Origin: Eledone cirrhosa
Taxonomy: Eukaryota
Length of the DNA stretch: 64,000 nucleotides
Assembly (NCBI GenBank): GCA_964016885.1
Contig: OZ024741.1
Span: 278,628,001-278,692,000 of the forward strand
Reading direction: 5' to 3'
Below the pieces are notes generated by a model. The model saw only the letters and a program-made list of their open reading frames with translations, was not told where the DNA came from and did no database searches. Positions 37,245-50,600 of this stretch are shown piece by piece (position 1 is the first letter of the stretch; each line of letters opens with the position of its first letter). A program made the position numbers and the translations under genes.

Positions 37245-38259
37245 ATTCTTCCTAAATCTCATATATCTCTCAATATTGTGTTAAACTTTTCCTATATCTC
37301 TCAATGTTGTGTCAGCCTGAGTGTTGGGGTTCTTGTCATTATTGTGACCCAAGAAATTTCTGATCTAGCAGATCTAGGATCAAAGAAGGAATGTCAACGG
37401 CAATGCTAATCTTAAAAAAATTTTTTTTATCAATCTTTGATAGGTTTCAGTTATTAGACTGTTGTGAAGCGGGAACAGAGCTTTGAAGGGATTTAGATGA
37501 TCATATTGACACAAGTACTTATCTTTATCATATATAGTACCTTTTTATTAATCCCTATTTTTTGTTGAACTGCTATACACTGACATGGGCATACATGCAT
37601 ACATATTTATTTATTTATTTATTCAATTTAAACGTCCGTCTAGAGCTAGTAAGCCATGGCAGACAATGTGAAGTATCAAGTACTCCTTACAGCTGGTAAT
37701 CAAAAAGAGCTAGTGAGACAAGTAATAAAAAGAAAAAATATTGAAGGTCAATGGGAGGCAGATTATGGATAAAAAAACGAAAAAGAAAAGGGGAAATAAG
37801 TAAAACATTTAGAAGTTTCTGTTGTTGAATCTTTTCGTAGCTTCCATGTACTCAAAGATTTTGTTTATATTTGGTAAACCTGTAATCATATATTGAACTT
37901 TAGGCTCTTTCACAGTTTCCAGCAACCAAGTTCCACTCATAAAGCATTGGTCAATCCGAAGGCTGTAGAAAAATACACTTGCTCAATATGCCATGCAGTG
38001 AGACTGAACCTGAAACCATGTGGTTGGAAAGCGAGTTCCTTAACCACACAGTCATGCCTACACTTAAAAGTATTTAGATAGTCAAATACTAAAGTGTATT
38101 TTAATCTCACAAACAGCTGTTGGTTCACAATTAGACTGTATATAAAATATTTGGAATAGCTATTATTCTTGATTTACTAATATACTATAATACTTTCGAT
38201 TGTATAGGAAATACATAATTATAAATATCAAATGTGATTTATTGTGGGTAATATTCATG

Positions 38260-38540
38260 AAGATGCATGGCTTAGTGGTTAGATAATTAGATTCACATTT
38301 GTGAGGTTGTGAGCTCGATTTCTGAACTGGGCTATGTGTTATGTCCTTTAGCAAGACATTTTATTTCAGGTTGCTCTTTCTCACAGGAGTTGCAAACAGT
38401 AGATAGTATCAACAATTGGAAAGACCAATGGAAACATTGTTTCCTTGGTCCAATTTGACGAGGTCCACCCTAGATAGTATTAGCAATAGAAAGACCAATA
38501 GAAACATTGTTTCCTTGGTCCAATTTGACAAGTTCCACCC
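38260..38540 (+). mobile_element. Family B SINE variant with a tandemly duplicated 70-bp tail segment
   Basis: tRNA-like head tggcttagtggttaga...; direct repeats at 38400-38470 and 38471-38540; similar body at 1-150 and in the 28.7-kb palindrome. Confidence 0.7.
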
Positions 38541-38662
38541 ACTCAGTAAGAAAATGCAATATGGGATCTCGTTGATCAATTTCTATAAAAAAACAACTAT
38601 ATCCTCCTATTTATTTTTATTTGTTTAATAGTAAGATATTGTTGAAAAATACAGAATGGCAT

Positions 38663-41600
38663 TATGACTGCATCACATGGACAGTGATGGCAGAGAACAT
38701 GTGTTGGCTGGACTGTGACTGCATCACATGGACAGTGATGGCAGAGGACATGTGTTGGCTGGACTGTGACTGCATCACATGGACAGTGATGGCAGAGGAC
38801 ATGTGTTGGCTGGACTGTGACTGCATCACATGGACAGTGATGGCAGAGGACATGTGTTGGCTGGACTGTGACTGCATCATATGGACAGTGATGGCAGAGA
38901 ACATGTGTTGGCTGGACTGTGACTGCATCACATGGACAGTGATGGCAGAGAACATATGTTGGCTGGACTGTGACTGTATCACATGGAGAGTGATGGCAGA
39001 GAACATGTGTTGGCTGGACTGTGACTGCATTATATGGACAGTGATGGCAGAGAACATGTGTTGGCTGGACTGTGGCTGCATAATATGGACAATGATGGCA
39101 GAGAACATGTGTTGGCTGGACTGTGGCTGCATCATATGGACAGTGATGGCAGAGAACATGTGTTGGCTGGACTGTGACTGTATCACATGGACAGTGATGA
39201 CAGAGAACATGTGTTGGCTGGACTGTGACTGCATCACATGGACAGTGATGGCAGAGAACATGTGTTGGCTAGACTGTGGCTGCATCATATGGACAGTGAT
39301 GGCAGAGAACATGTGTTGGCTGGACTGTGACTGTATCACATGGACAGTGATGACAGAGAACATGTGTTGGCTGGACAGTGACTGCATCACATGGACAGTG
39401 ATGGCAGAGGACATGTGTTGGCTGGACTGTGACTGCATCACATGGACAGTGATGGCAGAGAACATATGTTGGCTGGACTGTGACTGTATCACATGGAGAG
39501 TGATGGCAGAGAACATGTGTTGGCTGGACTGTGACTGCATTATATGGACAGTGATGGCAGAGAACATGTGTTGGCTGGACTGTGGCTGCATAATATGGAC
39601 AATGATGGCAGAGAACATGTGTTGGCTGGACTGTGGCTGCATCATATGGACAGTGATGGCAGAGAACATGTGTTGGCTGGACTGTGAATGTATCACATGG
39701 ACAGTGATGACAGAGAACATGTGTTGGCTGGACTGTGACTGCATCACATGGACAGTGATGGCAGAGGACATGTGTTGGCTGGAGTGTGACTGCATCATAT
39801 GGACAGTGATGGCAGAGAACATGTGTTGGGTGGACTGTTACTGCATCATATGGACAGTGATGGCAGAAAACATGTGTTGGCTGGACTGTGACTGCATCAC
39901 ATGGACAGTGATGGCAGAGAACATGTGTTGGCTAGACTGTGACTGCATCACATGGACAGTGATGGCAGAGAACATGTGTTGGCTGGACTGTGACTGCATC
40001 ACATGGACAGTGATGGCAGAGAACATGTGTTGGCTAGACTGTGGCTGTATCACATGGACAGTGATGACAGAGAACATGTGTTGGCTGGACTGTGACTGCA
40101 TCACATGGACAGTGATGGCAGAGAACATGTGTTGGCTGGACTGTGACTGTATCACATGGACAGTGATGACAGAGAACATGTGTTGGCTGGACTGTGACTG
40201 CATCACATGGACAGTGATGGCAGAGGACATGTGTTGGCTGGAGTGTGACTGCATCATATGGACAGTGATGGCAGAGAACATGTGTTGGGTGGACTGTTAC
40301 TGCATCATATGGACAGTGATGGCAGAAAACATGTGTTGGCTGGACTGTGACTGCATCACATGGACAGTGATGGCAGAGGACATGTGTTGGCTGGACTGTG
40401 ACTGCATCATATGGACAGTGATGGCAGAGAACATGTGTTGGGTGGACTGTTACTGCATCACATGGACAGTGATGGCAGAGAACATGTGTTGGCTGGACTG
40501 TGACTGCATCACATGGACAGTGATGGCAGAGAACATGTGTTGGCTGGACTGTGACTGCATCACATGGACAGTGATGGCAGAGAACATATGTTGGCTGGAC
40601 TGTGACTGTATCACATGGACAGTGATGGCAGAGAACATGTGTTGGCTGGACTGTGACTGCATTATATGGACAGTGATGGCAGAGAACATGTGTTGGCTGG
40701 ACTGTGGCTGCATAATATGGACAATGATGGCAGAGAACATGTGTTGGCTGGACTGTGGCTGCATCATATGGACAGTGATGGCAGAGAACATGTGTTGGCT
40801 GGACTGTGACTGTATCACATGGACAGTGATGACAGAGAACATGTGTTGGCAGGACTGTGACTGCATCACATGGACATTGATGGCAGAGAACATGTGTTGG
40901 CTAGACTGTGGCTGCATCATATGGACAGTGATGGCAGAGAACATGTGTTGGCTGGACTGTGACTGTATCACATGGACAGTGATGACAGAGAACATGTGTT
41001 GGCTGGACTGTGACTGCATCATATGGACAGTGATGGCAGAGAAGATGTGTTGGCTGAACTGTGACTGCATCACATGGACAGTGATGGCAGAGAACATGTG
41101 TTGGCTGGACTGTGACTGCATCACATGGACAGTGATGGCAGAGAACATGTGTTGGTTGGACTGTGACTGCATCATATGGACAGTGATGGCAGAGAACATG
41201 TGTTGGCTGGACTGTGACTGTATCATATGGACAGTGATGGCAGAGAACATGTGTTGGCTGAACTGTGACTGCATCAGATGGACAGTGATGGCAGAGAACA
41301 TGTGTTGGCTGGACTGTGACTGCATCACATGGACAGTGATGGCAGAGAACATGTGTTGGCTGGACTGTGACTGCATCACATGGACAGTGATGGCAGAGGA
41401 CATGTGTTGGCTGGACTGTGGCTGCATCACATGGACAGTGATGGCAGAGGACATGTGTTGGCTGGACTGTGACTGCATCACTTGGTCAGTGATGGCAGAG
41501 AACATGTGTTGGCAGGACTGCGACTGCATCACATGGACAGTGATGGGAGAGAACGTGTTTGCTGGACTGTGACTGTATCACATGGACAGTGATGGCCGAG

Positions 41601-44600
41601 AACATGTGTTGGCTGGACTTTGAATGCATCACATGGACAGTGATGGCAGAGAACATGTGTTGGCTGGACTGTGACTGCATCACATGGACAGTGATGCTAG
41701 AGAACATGTGTTGGTTGGACTGTGACTGCATCACATGGACAGTGATGGCAGAGGACATGTGTTGGCTGGACTGTGACTGCATCACATGGGCAGTGATGGC
41801 AGAGAACATGTGTTGGCTGGACTGTGACTACATCACATGGACAGTGATGGCAGAGAACATGTGTTGGCTGGACTGTGACTGTATCACATGGACAGTGATG
41901 GCAGAGAAAATCTGTTGGCTGGACTGTGACTGCATCATATGGACAGTGATGGCAGAGAACATGTGTTGGCTGGACTGTGACTGCATTATATGGACAGTGA
42001 TGGCAGAGAACATGTGTTGGCTGGACTGTGACTGCATCACATGGACAGTGATGGCAGAGGACATGTATTGGCTGGACTATGACTGCATTATATGGACAGT
42101 GATGGCAGAGAACATGTGTTGGCAGGACTGTGGCTGCATCACATGGACAGTGATGGCAGAGAACATGTGTTGGCTGGACTGTGGCTGCATCACATGGACA
42201 GTGATGGCAGAGGACATGTGTTGGCTGGACTGTGACTGCATCACATGGACAGTGATGGCAGAGGACATGTGTTGGCTGGACTGTGACTGCATCATATGGA
42301 CAGTGATGGCAGAGAACATGTGTTGGCTGGACTGTGACTGCATCACATGGACAGTGATGGCAGAGAACATATGTTGGCTGGACTGTGACTGTATCACATG
42401 GAGAGTGATGGCAGAGAACATGTGTTGGCTGGACTGTGACTGCATTATATGGACAGTGATGGCAGAGAACATGTGTTGGCTGGACTGTGGCTGCATAATA
42501 TGGACAATGATGGCAGAGAACATGTGTTGGCTGGACTGTGGCTGCATCATATGGACAGTGATGGCAGAGAACATGTGTTGGCTGGACTGTGACTGTATCA
42601 CATGGACAGTGATGACAGAGAACATGTGTTGGCTGGACTGTGACTGCATCACATGGACAGTGATGGCAGAGAACATGTGTTGGCTAGACTGTGGCTGCAT
42701 CATATGGACAGTGATGGCAGAGAACATGTGTTGGCTGGACTGTGACTGTATCACATGGACAGTGATGACAGAGAACATGTGTTGGCTGGACAGTGACTGC
42801 ATCACATGGACAGTGATGGCAGAGGACATGTGTTGGCTGGACTGTGACTGCATCACATGGACAGTGATGGCAGAGAACATATGTTGGCTGGACTGTGACT
42901 GTATCACATGGAGAGTGATGGCAGAGAACATGTGTTGGCTGGACGGTGACTGCATTATATGGACAGTGATGGCAGAGAACATGTGTTGGCTGGACTGTGG
43001 CTGCATAATATGGACAATGATGGCAGAGAACATGTGTTGGCTGGACTGTGGCTGCATCATATGGACAGTGATGGCAGAGAACATGTGTTGGCTGGACTGT
43101 GACTGTATCACATGGACAGTGATGACAGAGAACATGTGTTGGCTGGACTGTGACTGCATCACATGGACAGTGATGGCAGAGAACATGTGTTGGCTGGACT
43201 GTGACTGCATCACATGGACAGTGATGGCAGAGGACATGTGTTGGCTGGACTGTGGCTGCATCACATGGACAGTGATGGCAGAGGACATGTGTTGGCTGGA
43301 CTGTGACTGCATCACTTGGTCAGTGATGGCAGAGAACATGTGTTGGCAGGACTGCGACTGCATCACATGGACAGTGATGGGAGAGAACGTGTTTGCTGGA
43401 CTGTGACTGTATCACATGGACAGTGATGGCCGAGAACATGTGTTGGCTGGACTTTGAATGCATCACATGGACAGTGATGGCAGAGAACATGTGTTGGCTG
43501 GACTGTGACTGCATCACATGGACAGTGATGCTAGAGAACATGTGTTGGTTGGACTGTGACTGCATCACATGGACAGTGATGGCAGAGGACATGTGTTGGC
43601 TGGACTGTGACTGCATCACATGGGCAGTGATGGCAGAGAACATGTGTTGGCTGGACTGTGACTACATCACATGGACAGTGATGGCAGAGAACATGTGTTG
43701 GCTGGACTGTGACTGTATCACATGGACAGTGATGGCAGAGAAAATCTGTTGGCTGGACTGTGACTGCATCATATGGACAGTGATGGCAGAGAACATGTGT
43801 TGGCTGGACTGTGACTGCATTATATGGACAGTGATGGCAGAGAACATGTGTTGGCTGGACTGTGACTGCATCACATGGACAGTGATGGCAGAGGACATGT
43901 ATTGGCTGGACTATGACTGCATTATATGGACAGTGATGGCAGAGAACATGTGTTGGCAGGACTGTGGCTGCATCACATGGACAGTGATGGCAGAGAACAT
44001 GTGTTGGCTGGACTGTGGCTGCATCACATGGACAGTGATGGCAGAGGACATGTGTTGGCTGGACTGTGACTGCATCACATGGACAGTGATGGCAGAGGAC
44101 ATGTGTTGGCTGGACTGTGACTGCATCATATGGACAGTGATGGCAGAGAACATGTGTTGGCTGGACTGTGACTGCATCACATGGACAGTGATGGCAGAGA
44201 ACATATGTTGGCTGGACTGTGACTGTATCACATGGAGAGTGATGGCAGAGAACATGTGTTGGCTGGACTGTGACTGCATTATATGGACAGTGATGGCAGA
44301 GAACATGTGTTGGCTGGACTGTGGCTGCATAATATGGACAATGATGGCAGAGAACATGTGTTGGCTGGACTGTGGCTGCATCATATGGACAGTGATGGCA
44401 GAGAACATGTGTTGGCTGGACTGTGACTGTATCACATGGACAGTGATGACAGAGAACATGTGTTGGCTGGACTGTGACTGCATCACATGGACAGTGATGG
44501 CAGAGAACATGTGTTGGCTAGACTGTGGCTGCATCATATGGACAGTGATGGCAGAGAACATGTGTTGGCTGGACTGTGACTGTATCACATGGACAGTGAT

Positions 44601-47600
44601 GACAGAGAACATGTGTTGGCTGGACAGTGACTGCATCACATGGACAGTGATGGCAGAGGACATGTGTTGGCTGGACTGTGACTGCATCACATGGACAGTG
44701 ATGGCAGAGAACATATGTTGGCTGGACTGTGACTGTATCACATGGAGAGTGATGGCAGAGAACATGTGTTGGCTGGACGGTGACTGCATTATATGGACAG
44801 TGATGGCAGAGAACATGTGTTGGCTGGACTGTGGCTGCATAATATGGACAATGATGGCAGAGAACATGTGTTGGCTGGACTGTGGCTGCATCATATGGAC
44901 AGTGATGGCAGAGAACATGTGTTGGCTGGACTGTGAATGTATCACATGGACAGTGATGACAGAGAACATGTGCTGGCTGGACTGTGACTGCATCACATGG
45001 ACAGTGATGGCAGAGGACATGTGTTGGCTGGAGTGTGACTGCATCATATGGACAGTGATGGCAGAGAACATGTGTTGGGTGGACTGTTACTGCATCATAT
45101 GGACAGTGATGGCAGAAAACATGTGTTGGCTGGACTGTGACTGCATCACATGGACAGTGATGGCAGAGAACATGTGTTGGCTAGACTGTGACTGCATCAC
45201 ATGGACAGTGATGGCAGAGAACATGTGTTGGCTGGACTGTGACTGCATCACATGGACAGTGATGGCAGAGAACATGTGTTGGCTAGACTGTGGCTGCATC
45301 ATATGGACAGTGATGGCAGAGAACATGTGTTGGCTGGACTGTGACTGCATCATATGGACAGTGATGGCAGAGAACATGTGTTGGCTGGACTGTGACTGCA
45401 TCATATGGACAGTGATGGCAGAGAACATGTGTTGGGTGGACTGTTACTGCATCACATGGACAGTGATGGCAGAGAACATGTGTTGGCTGGACTGTGACTG
45501 CATCACATGGACAGTGATGGCAGAGAACATGTGTTGGCTGGACTGTGACTGCATCACATGGACAGTGATGGCAGAGAACATATGTTGGCTGGACTGTGAC
45601 TGTATCACATGGACAGTGATGGCAGAGAACATGTGTTGGCTGGACTGTGACTGCATTATATGGACAGTGATGGCAGAGAACATGTGTTGGCTGGACTGTG
45701 GCTGCATAATATGGACAATGATGGCAGAGAACATGTGTTGGCTGGACTGTGGCTGCATCATATGGACAGTGATGGCAGAGAACATGTGTTGGCTGGACTG
45801 TGACTGTATCACATGGACAGTGATGACAGAGAACATGTGTTGGCAGGACTGTGACTGCATCACATGGACATTGATGGCAGAGAACATGTGTTGGCTAGAC
45901 TGTGGCTGCATCATATGGACAGTGATGGCAGAGAACATGTGTTGGCTGGACTGTGACTGTATCACATGGACAGTGATGACAGAGAACATGTGTTGGCTGG
46001 ACTGTGACTGCATCATATGGACAGTGATGGCAGAGAAGATGTGTTGGCTGAACTGTGACTGCATCACATGGACAGTGATGGCAGAGAACATGTGTTGGTT
46101 GGACTGTGACTGCATCATATGGACAGTGATGGCAGAGAACATGTGTTGGCTGGACTGTGACTGTATCATATGGACAGTGATGGCAGAGAACATGTGTTGG
46201 CTGAACTGTGACTGCATCAGATGGACAGTGATGGCAGAGAACATGTGTTGGCTGGACTGTGACTGCATCACATGGACAGTGATGGCAGAGAACATGTGTT
46301 GGCTGGACTGTGACTGCATCACATGGACAGTGATGGCAGAGGACATGTGTTGGCTGGACTGTGGCTGCATCACATGGACAGTGATGGCAGAGGACATGTG
46401 TTGGCTGGACTGTGACTGCATCACTTGGTCAGTGATGGCAGAGAACATGTGTTGGCAGGACTGCGACTGCATCACATGGACAGTGATGGGAGAGAACGTG
46501 TTTGCTGGACTGTGACTGTATCACATGGACAGTGATGGCCGAGAACATGTGTTGGCTGGACTTTGAATGCATCACATGGACAGTGATGGCAGAGAACATG
46601 TGTTGGCTGGACTGTGACTGCATCACATGGACAGTGATGCTAGAGAACATGTGTTGGTTGGACTGTGACTGCATCACATGGACAGTGATGGCAGAGGACA
46701 TGTGTTGGCTGGACTGTGACTGCATCACATGGGCAGTGATGGCAGAGAACATGTGTTGGCTGGACTGTGACTACATCACATGGACAGTGATGGCAGAGAA
46801 CATGTGTTGGCTGGACTGTGACTGTATCACATGGACAGTGATGGCAGAGAAAATCTGTTGGCTGGACTGTGACTGCATCATATGGACAGTGATGGCAGAG
46901 AACATGTGTTGGCTGGACTGTGACTGCATCACATGGACAGTGATGGCAGAGGACATGTATTGGCTGGACTATGACTGCATTATATGGACAGTGATGGCAG
47001 AGAACATGTGTTGGCAGGACTGTGGCTGCATCACATGGACAGTGATGGCAGAGAACATGTGTTGGCTGGACTGTGGCTGCATCACATGGACAGTGATGGT
47101 AAAGAACATGTGTTGGCTGGACTGTGACTGCATCATATGGACAGTGATGCCAGAGAACATGTGTTGGCTGGACTGTGGCTGCATTACATGGACAGTGACG
47201 GCAGAGAACATGTGTTGGCTGGACTGTGACTGCATCATATGGACAGTGATGGCAGAGAACATGTGTTGGCTGGACTGTGACTGCATTATATGGTCAGTGA
47301 TGGCAGAGAACATGTGTTGGCTGGATTGTGGCTGCATCACAAGGACAGTGATGGCAGGGAACATGTGTTGGCTGGACTGTGGCTGCATCATATGGGCAGT
47401 GATGGCAGAGAACATGTGTTGGCTGGACTGTGACTGCATCACATGGACAGTGATGGCAGAGAACGTGTTGGCTGGACTGTGACTGTATCACATGGACAGT
47501 GATGGCAGAGAACATGTGTTGGCTGGACTGTGACTGCATCACATGGACAGTGATGGCAGAGAACATGTGTTGGCTGGACTGTGACTGCATCATATGGACA

Positions 47601-50600
47601 GTGATGGCAGAGAACATGTGTTGGCTGGACTGTGACTGCATCACATGGACAGTGATGGCAGAGAACATGTGTTGTCTGGACTGTGACTGCATCACATGGA
47701 CAGTGATGGCTTAGGACATTTGTTGGCTGGACTGTGACTGCATCATATGGACAGTGATGGCAGAGAACATGTGTTGGCTGGACTGTGACTGCATCACATA
47801 GGCAGTGATGGCAGTGAACATGTGTTGGCTGGACTGTGACTGCATCATATGGACAGTGATGGCAGAGAACATGTGTTGGTTGGACTGTGACTGCATCACA
47901 TGGACAGTGATGGCAGAGAACATGTGTTGGCTGGACTGTGACTGCATCACATGGACAGTGATGGCAGAGAACATGTGTTGGTTGGACTGTGACTGTATCA
48001 CATGGACAGTGCTGGCAGAGAACATGTGTTGGCTGGACTGTGGCTGCATCATATGGACAGTGATGGCAGAGAACATGTGTTGGCTCGACTGTGACTGCAT
48101 CACATGGACAGTGATGGCAGAGAACATGTGTTGGCTGGACTGTGACTGCATTATATGGACAGTGATGGCAGAGAACATGTGTTGGCTGGACTGTGGCTGC
48201 ATCACATGGACAGTGATGGCAGAGGACCTGTGTTGGCTGGACTGTGACTGTATCATATGGACAGTGATGGCAGAGATCATGTGTTGGCTGGACTGTGACT
48301 GCATCATATGGACAGTGATGGCAGAGAACATGTTTTGGCTGGACTGTGGCTGCATCACATGGACAGTGATGGCAGAGAACATGTGTTGGCTGGACTCTGA
48401 CTGCATCACATGGACAGTGATGGCAGAGAACGTGTTGGCTGGACTGTGACTGTATCACATGGACAGTGATGGCAGAGAACATGTGTTGGCTGGACTGTGA
48501 CTGCATCACATGGACAGTGATGCTAGAGAACATGTGTTGGCTGGACTGTGACTGCATCACATGGACAGTGATGGCAGAGGACATGTGTTGGCTGGACTGT
48601 GGCTGCATCACATGGACAGTGATGGCAGAGGACATGTGTTGGCTGGACTGTGACTGCATCATATGGACAGTGATGGCAGAGAACATGTGTTGGCTGGACT
48701 GTGACTGCATCACATGGACAGTGATGGCAGAGAACATGTGTTGGCTGGACTGTGACTGCATCACATGGACAGTGATGGCAGAGAACGTGTTGGCTGGACT
48801 GTGACTGTATCACATGGACAGTGATGGCAGAGAACATGTGTTGGCTGGACTGTGACTGCATCACATGGACAGTGATGCTAGAGAACATGTGTTGGCTGGA
48901 CTGTGACTGCATCACATGGACAGTGATGGCAGAAGACATGTGTTGGCTGGACTGTGACTGCATCATATGGATATTGATGGCAGAGAACATGTGTTGGCTG
49001 GACTGTGACTGTATCACATGGACAGTGATGGCAGAGAACATGTGTTGGCTGGACTGTGACTGCATTATATGGACAGTGATGGCAGAGAACATGTGTTGGC
49101 TGGACTGTGACTGCATCACATGGACAGTGATGGCAGAGAACATGTGTTGGCTGGACTGTGACTGCATCACATGGACAGTGATGCTAGAGAACATGTGTTG
49201 GTTGGACTGTGACTGCATCACATGGACAGTCATGGCAGAGGACATGTGTTGGCTGGACTGTGACTGCATCACATGGACAGTGATGCTAGAGAACATGTGT
49301 TGGCTGGACTATGACTGCATTATATGGACATTGATGGCAGAGAACATGTGTTGGCTGGACTTTGACTGTATCACATGGACAGTGATGGCAGAGAACATGT
49401 GTTGGCTGGACTGTGACGCCATCACATGGACAGTGATGGCAGAGGACATGTTTGGCAGGACTGTGACTGCATCACATGGACAGTGATGGCAGAGGACATG
49501 TGTTGGCTGGACTGTGACTGCATCATATGGACAGTGATGGCAGAGAACATTTGTTGGCTGGACTGTGACTGCATCACACGGACAGTGATGGCAGAGGACA
49601 TCTATTGGCTGGACAATGACTGCATTATATGGACAGTGATGGCAGAGAACATGTGTTGGCTGGACTGTGACTGCATTATATGGACAGTGATGGCAGAGAA
49701 CATGTGTTGGCTGGACTGTGGCTGCATCACATGGACAGTGATGGCAGAGAACATGTGTTGGCAGGACTGCGACTGCATCACATGGACAGTGATGGCAGAG
49801 AACGTGTTGGCTGGACTGTGACTGTATCACATGGACAGTGATGGCCGAGAACATGTGTTGGCTGGACTTTGAATGCATCACATGGACAGTGATGGCAGAG
49901 AACATGTGTTGGCTGGACTGTGACTGCATCACATGGACAGTGATGCTAGAGAACATGTGTTGGTTGGACTGTGACTGCATCACATGGACAGTGATGGCAG
50001 AGGACATGTGTTGGCTGGACTGTGACTGCATCACATGGGCAGTGATGGCAGAGAACATGTGTTGGCTGGACTGTGACTACATCACATGGACAGTGATGGC
50101 AGAGAACATGTGTTGGCTGGACTGTGACTGCATCACATGGGCAGTGATGGCAGAGAACATGTGTTGCTGGACTGTGACTACATCACATGGACAGTGATGG
50201 CAGAGAACATGTGTTGGGTGGACTGTGACTGTATCACATGGACAGTGATGGCAGAGGACATGTATTGGCTGGACTATGACTGCATTATATGGACAGTGAT
50301 GGCAGAGAACATGTGTTGGCAGGACTGTGGCTGCATCACATGGACAGTGATGGCAGAGAACATGTGTTGGCTGGACTGTGGCTGCATCACATGGACAGTG
50401 ATGGTAAAGAACATGTGTTGGCTGGACTGTGACTGCATCATATGGACAGTGATGCCAGAGAACATGTGTTGGCTGGACTGTGGCTGCATTACATGGACAG
50501 TGACGGCAGAGAACATGTGTTGGCTGGACTGTGACTGCATCACATGGACAGTGATGGCAGAGAACGTGTTGACTGGACTGTGACTGTATCACATGGACAG

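Noticed and set aside
37023-37409. 128-aa plus-strand ORF
   Set aside because: It overlaps the true terminal dynein exon in a different frame and has no independent support.
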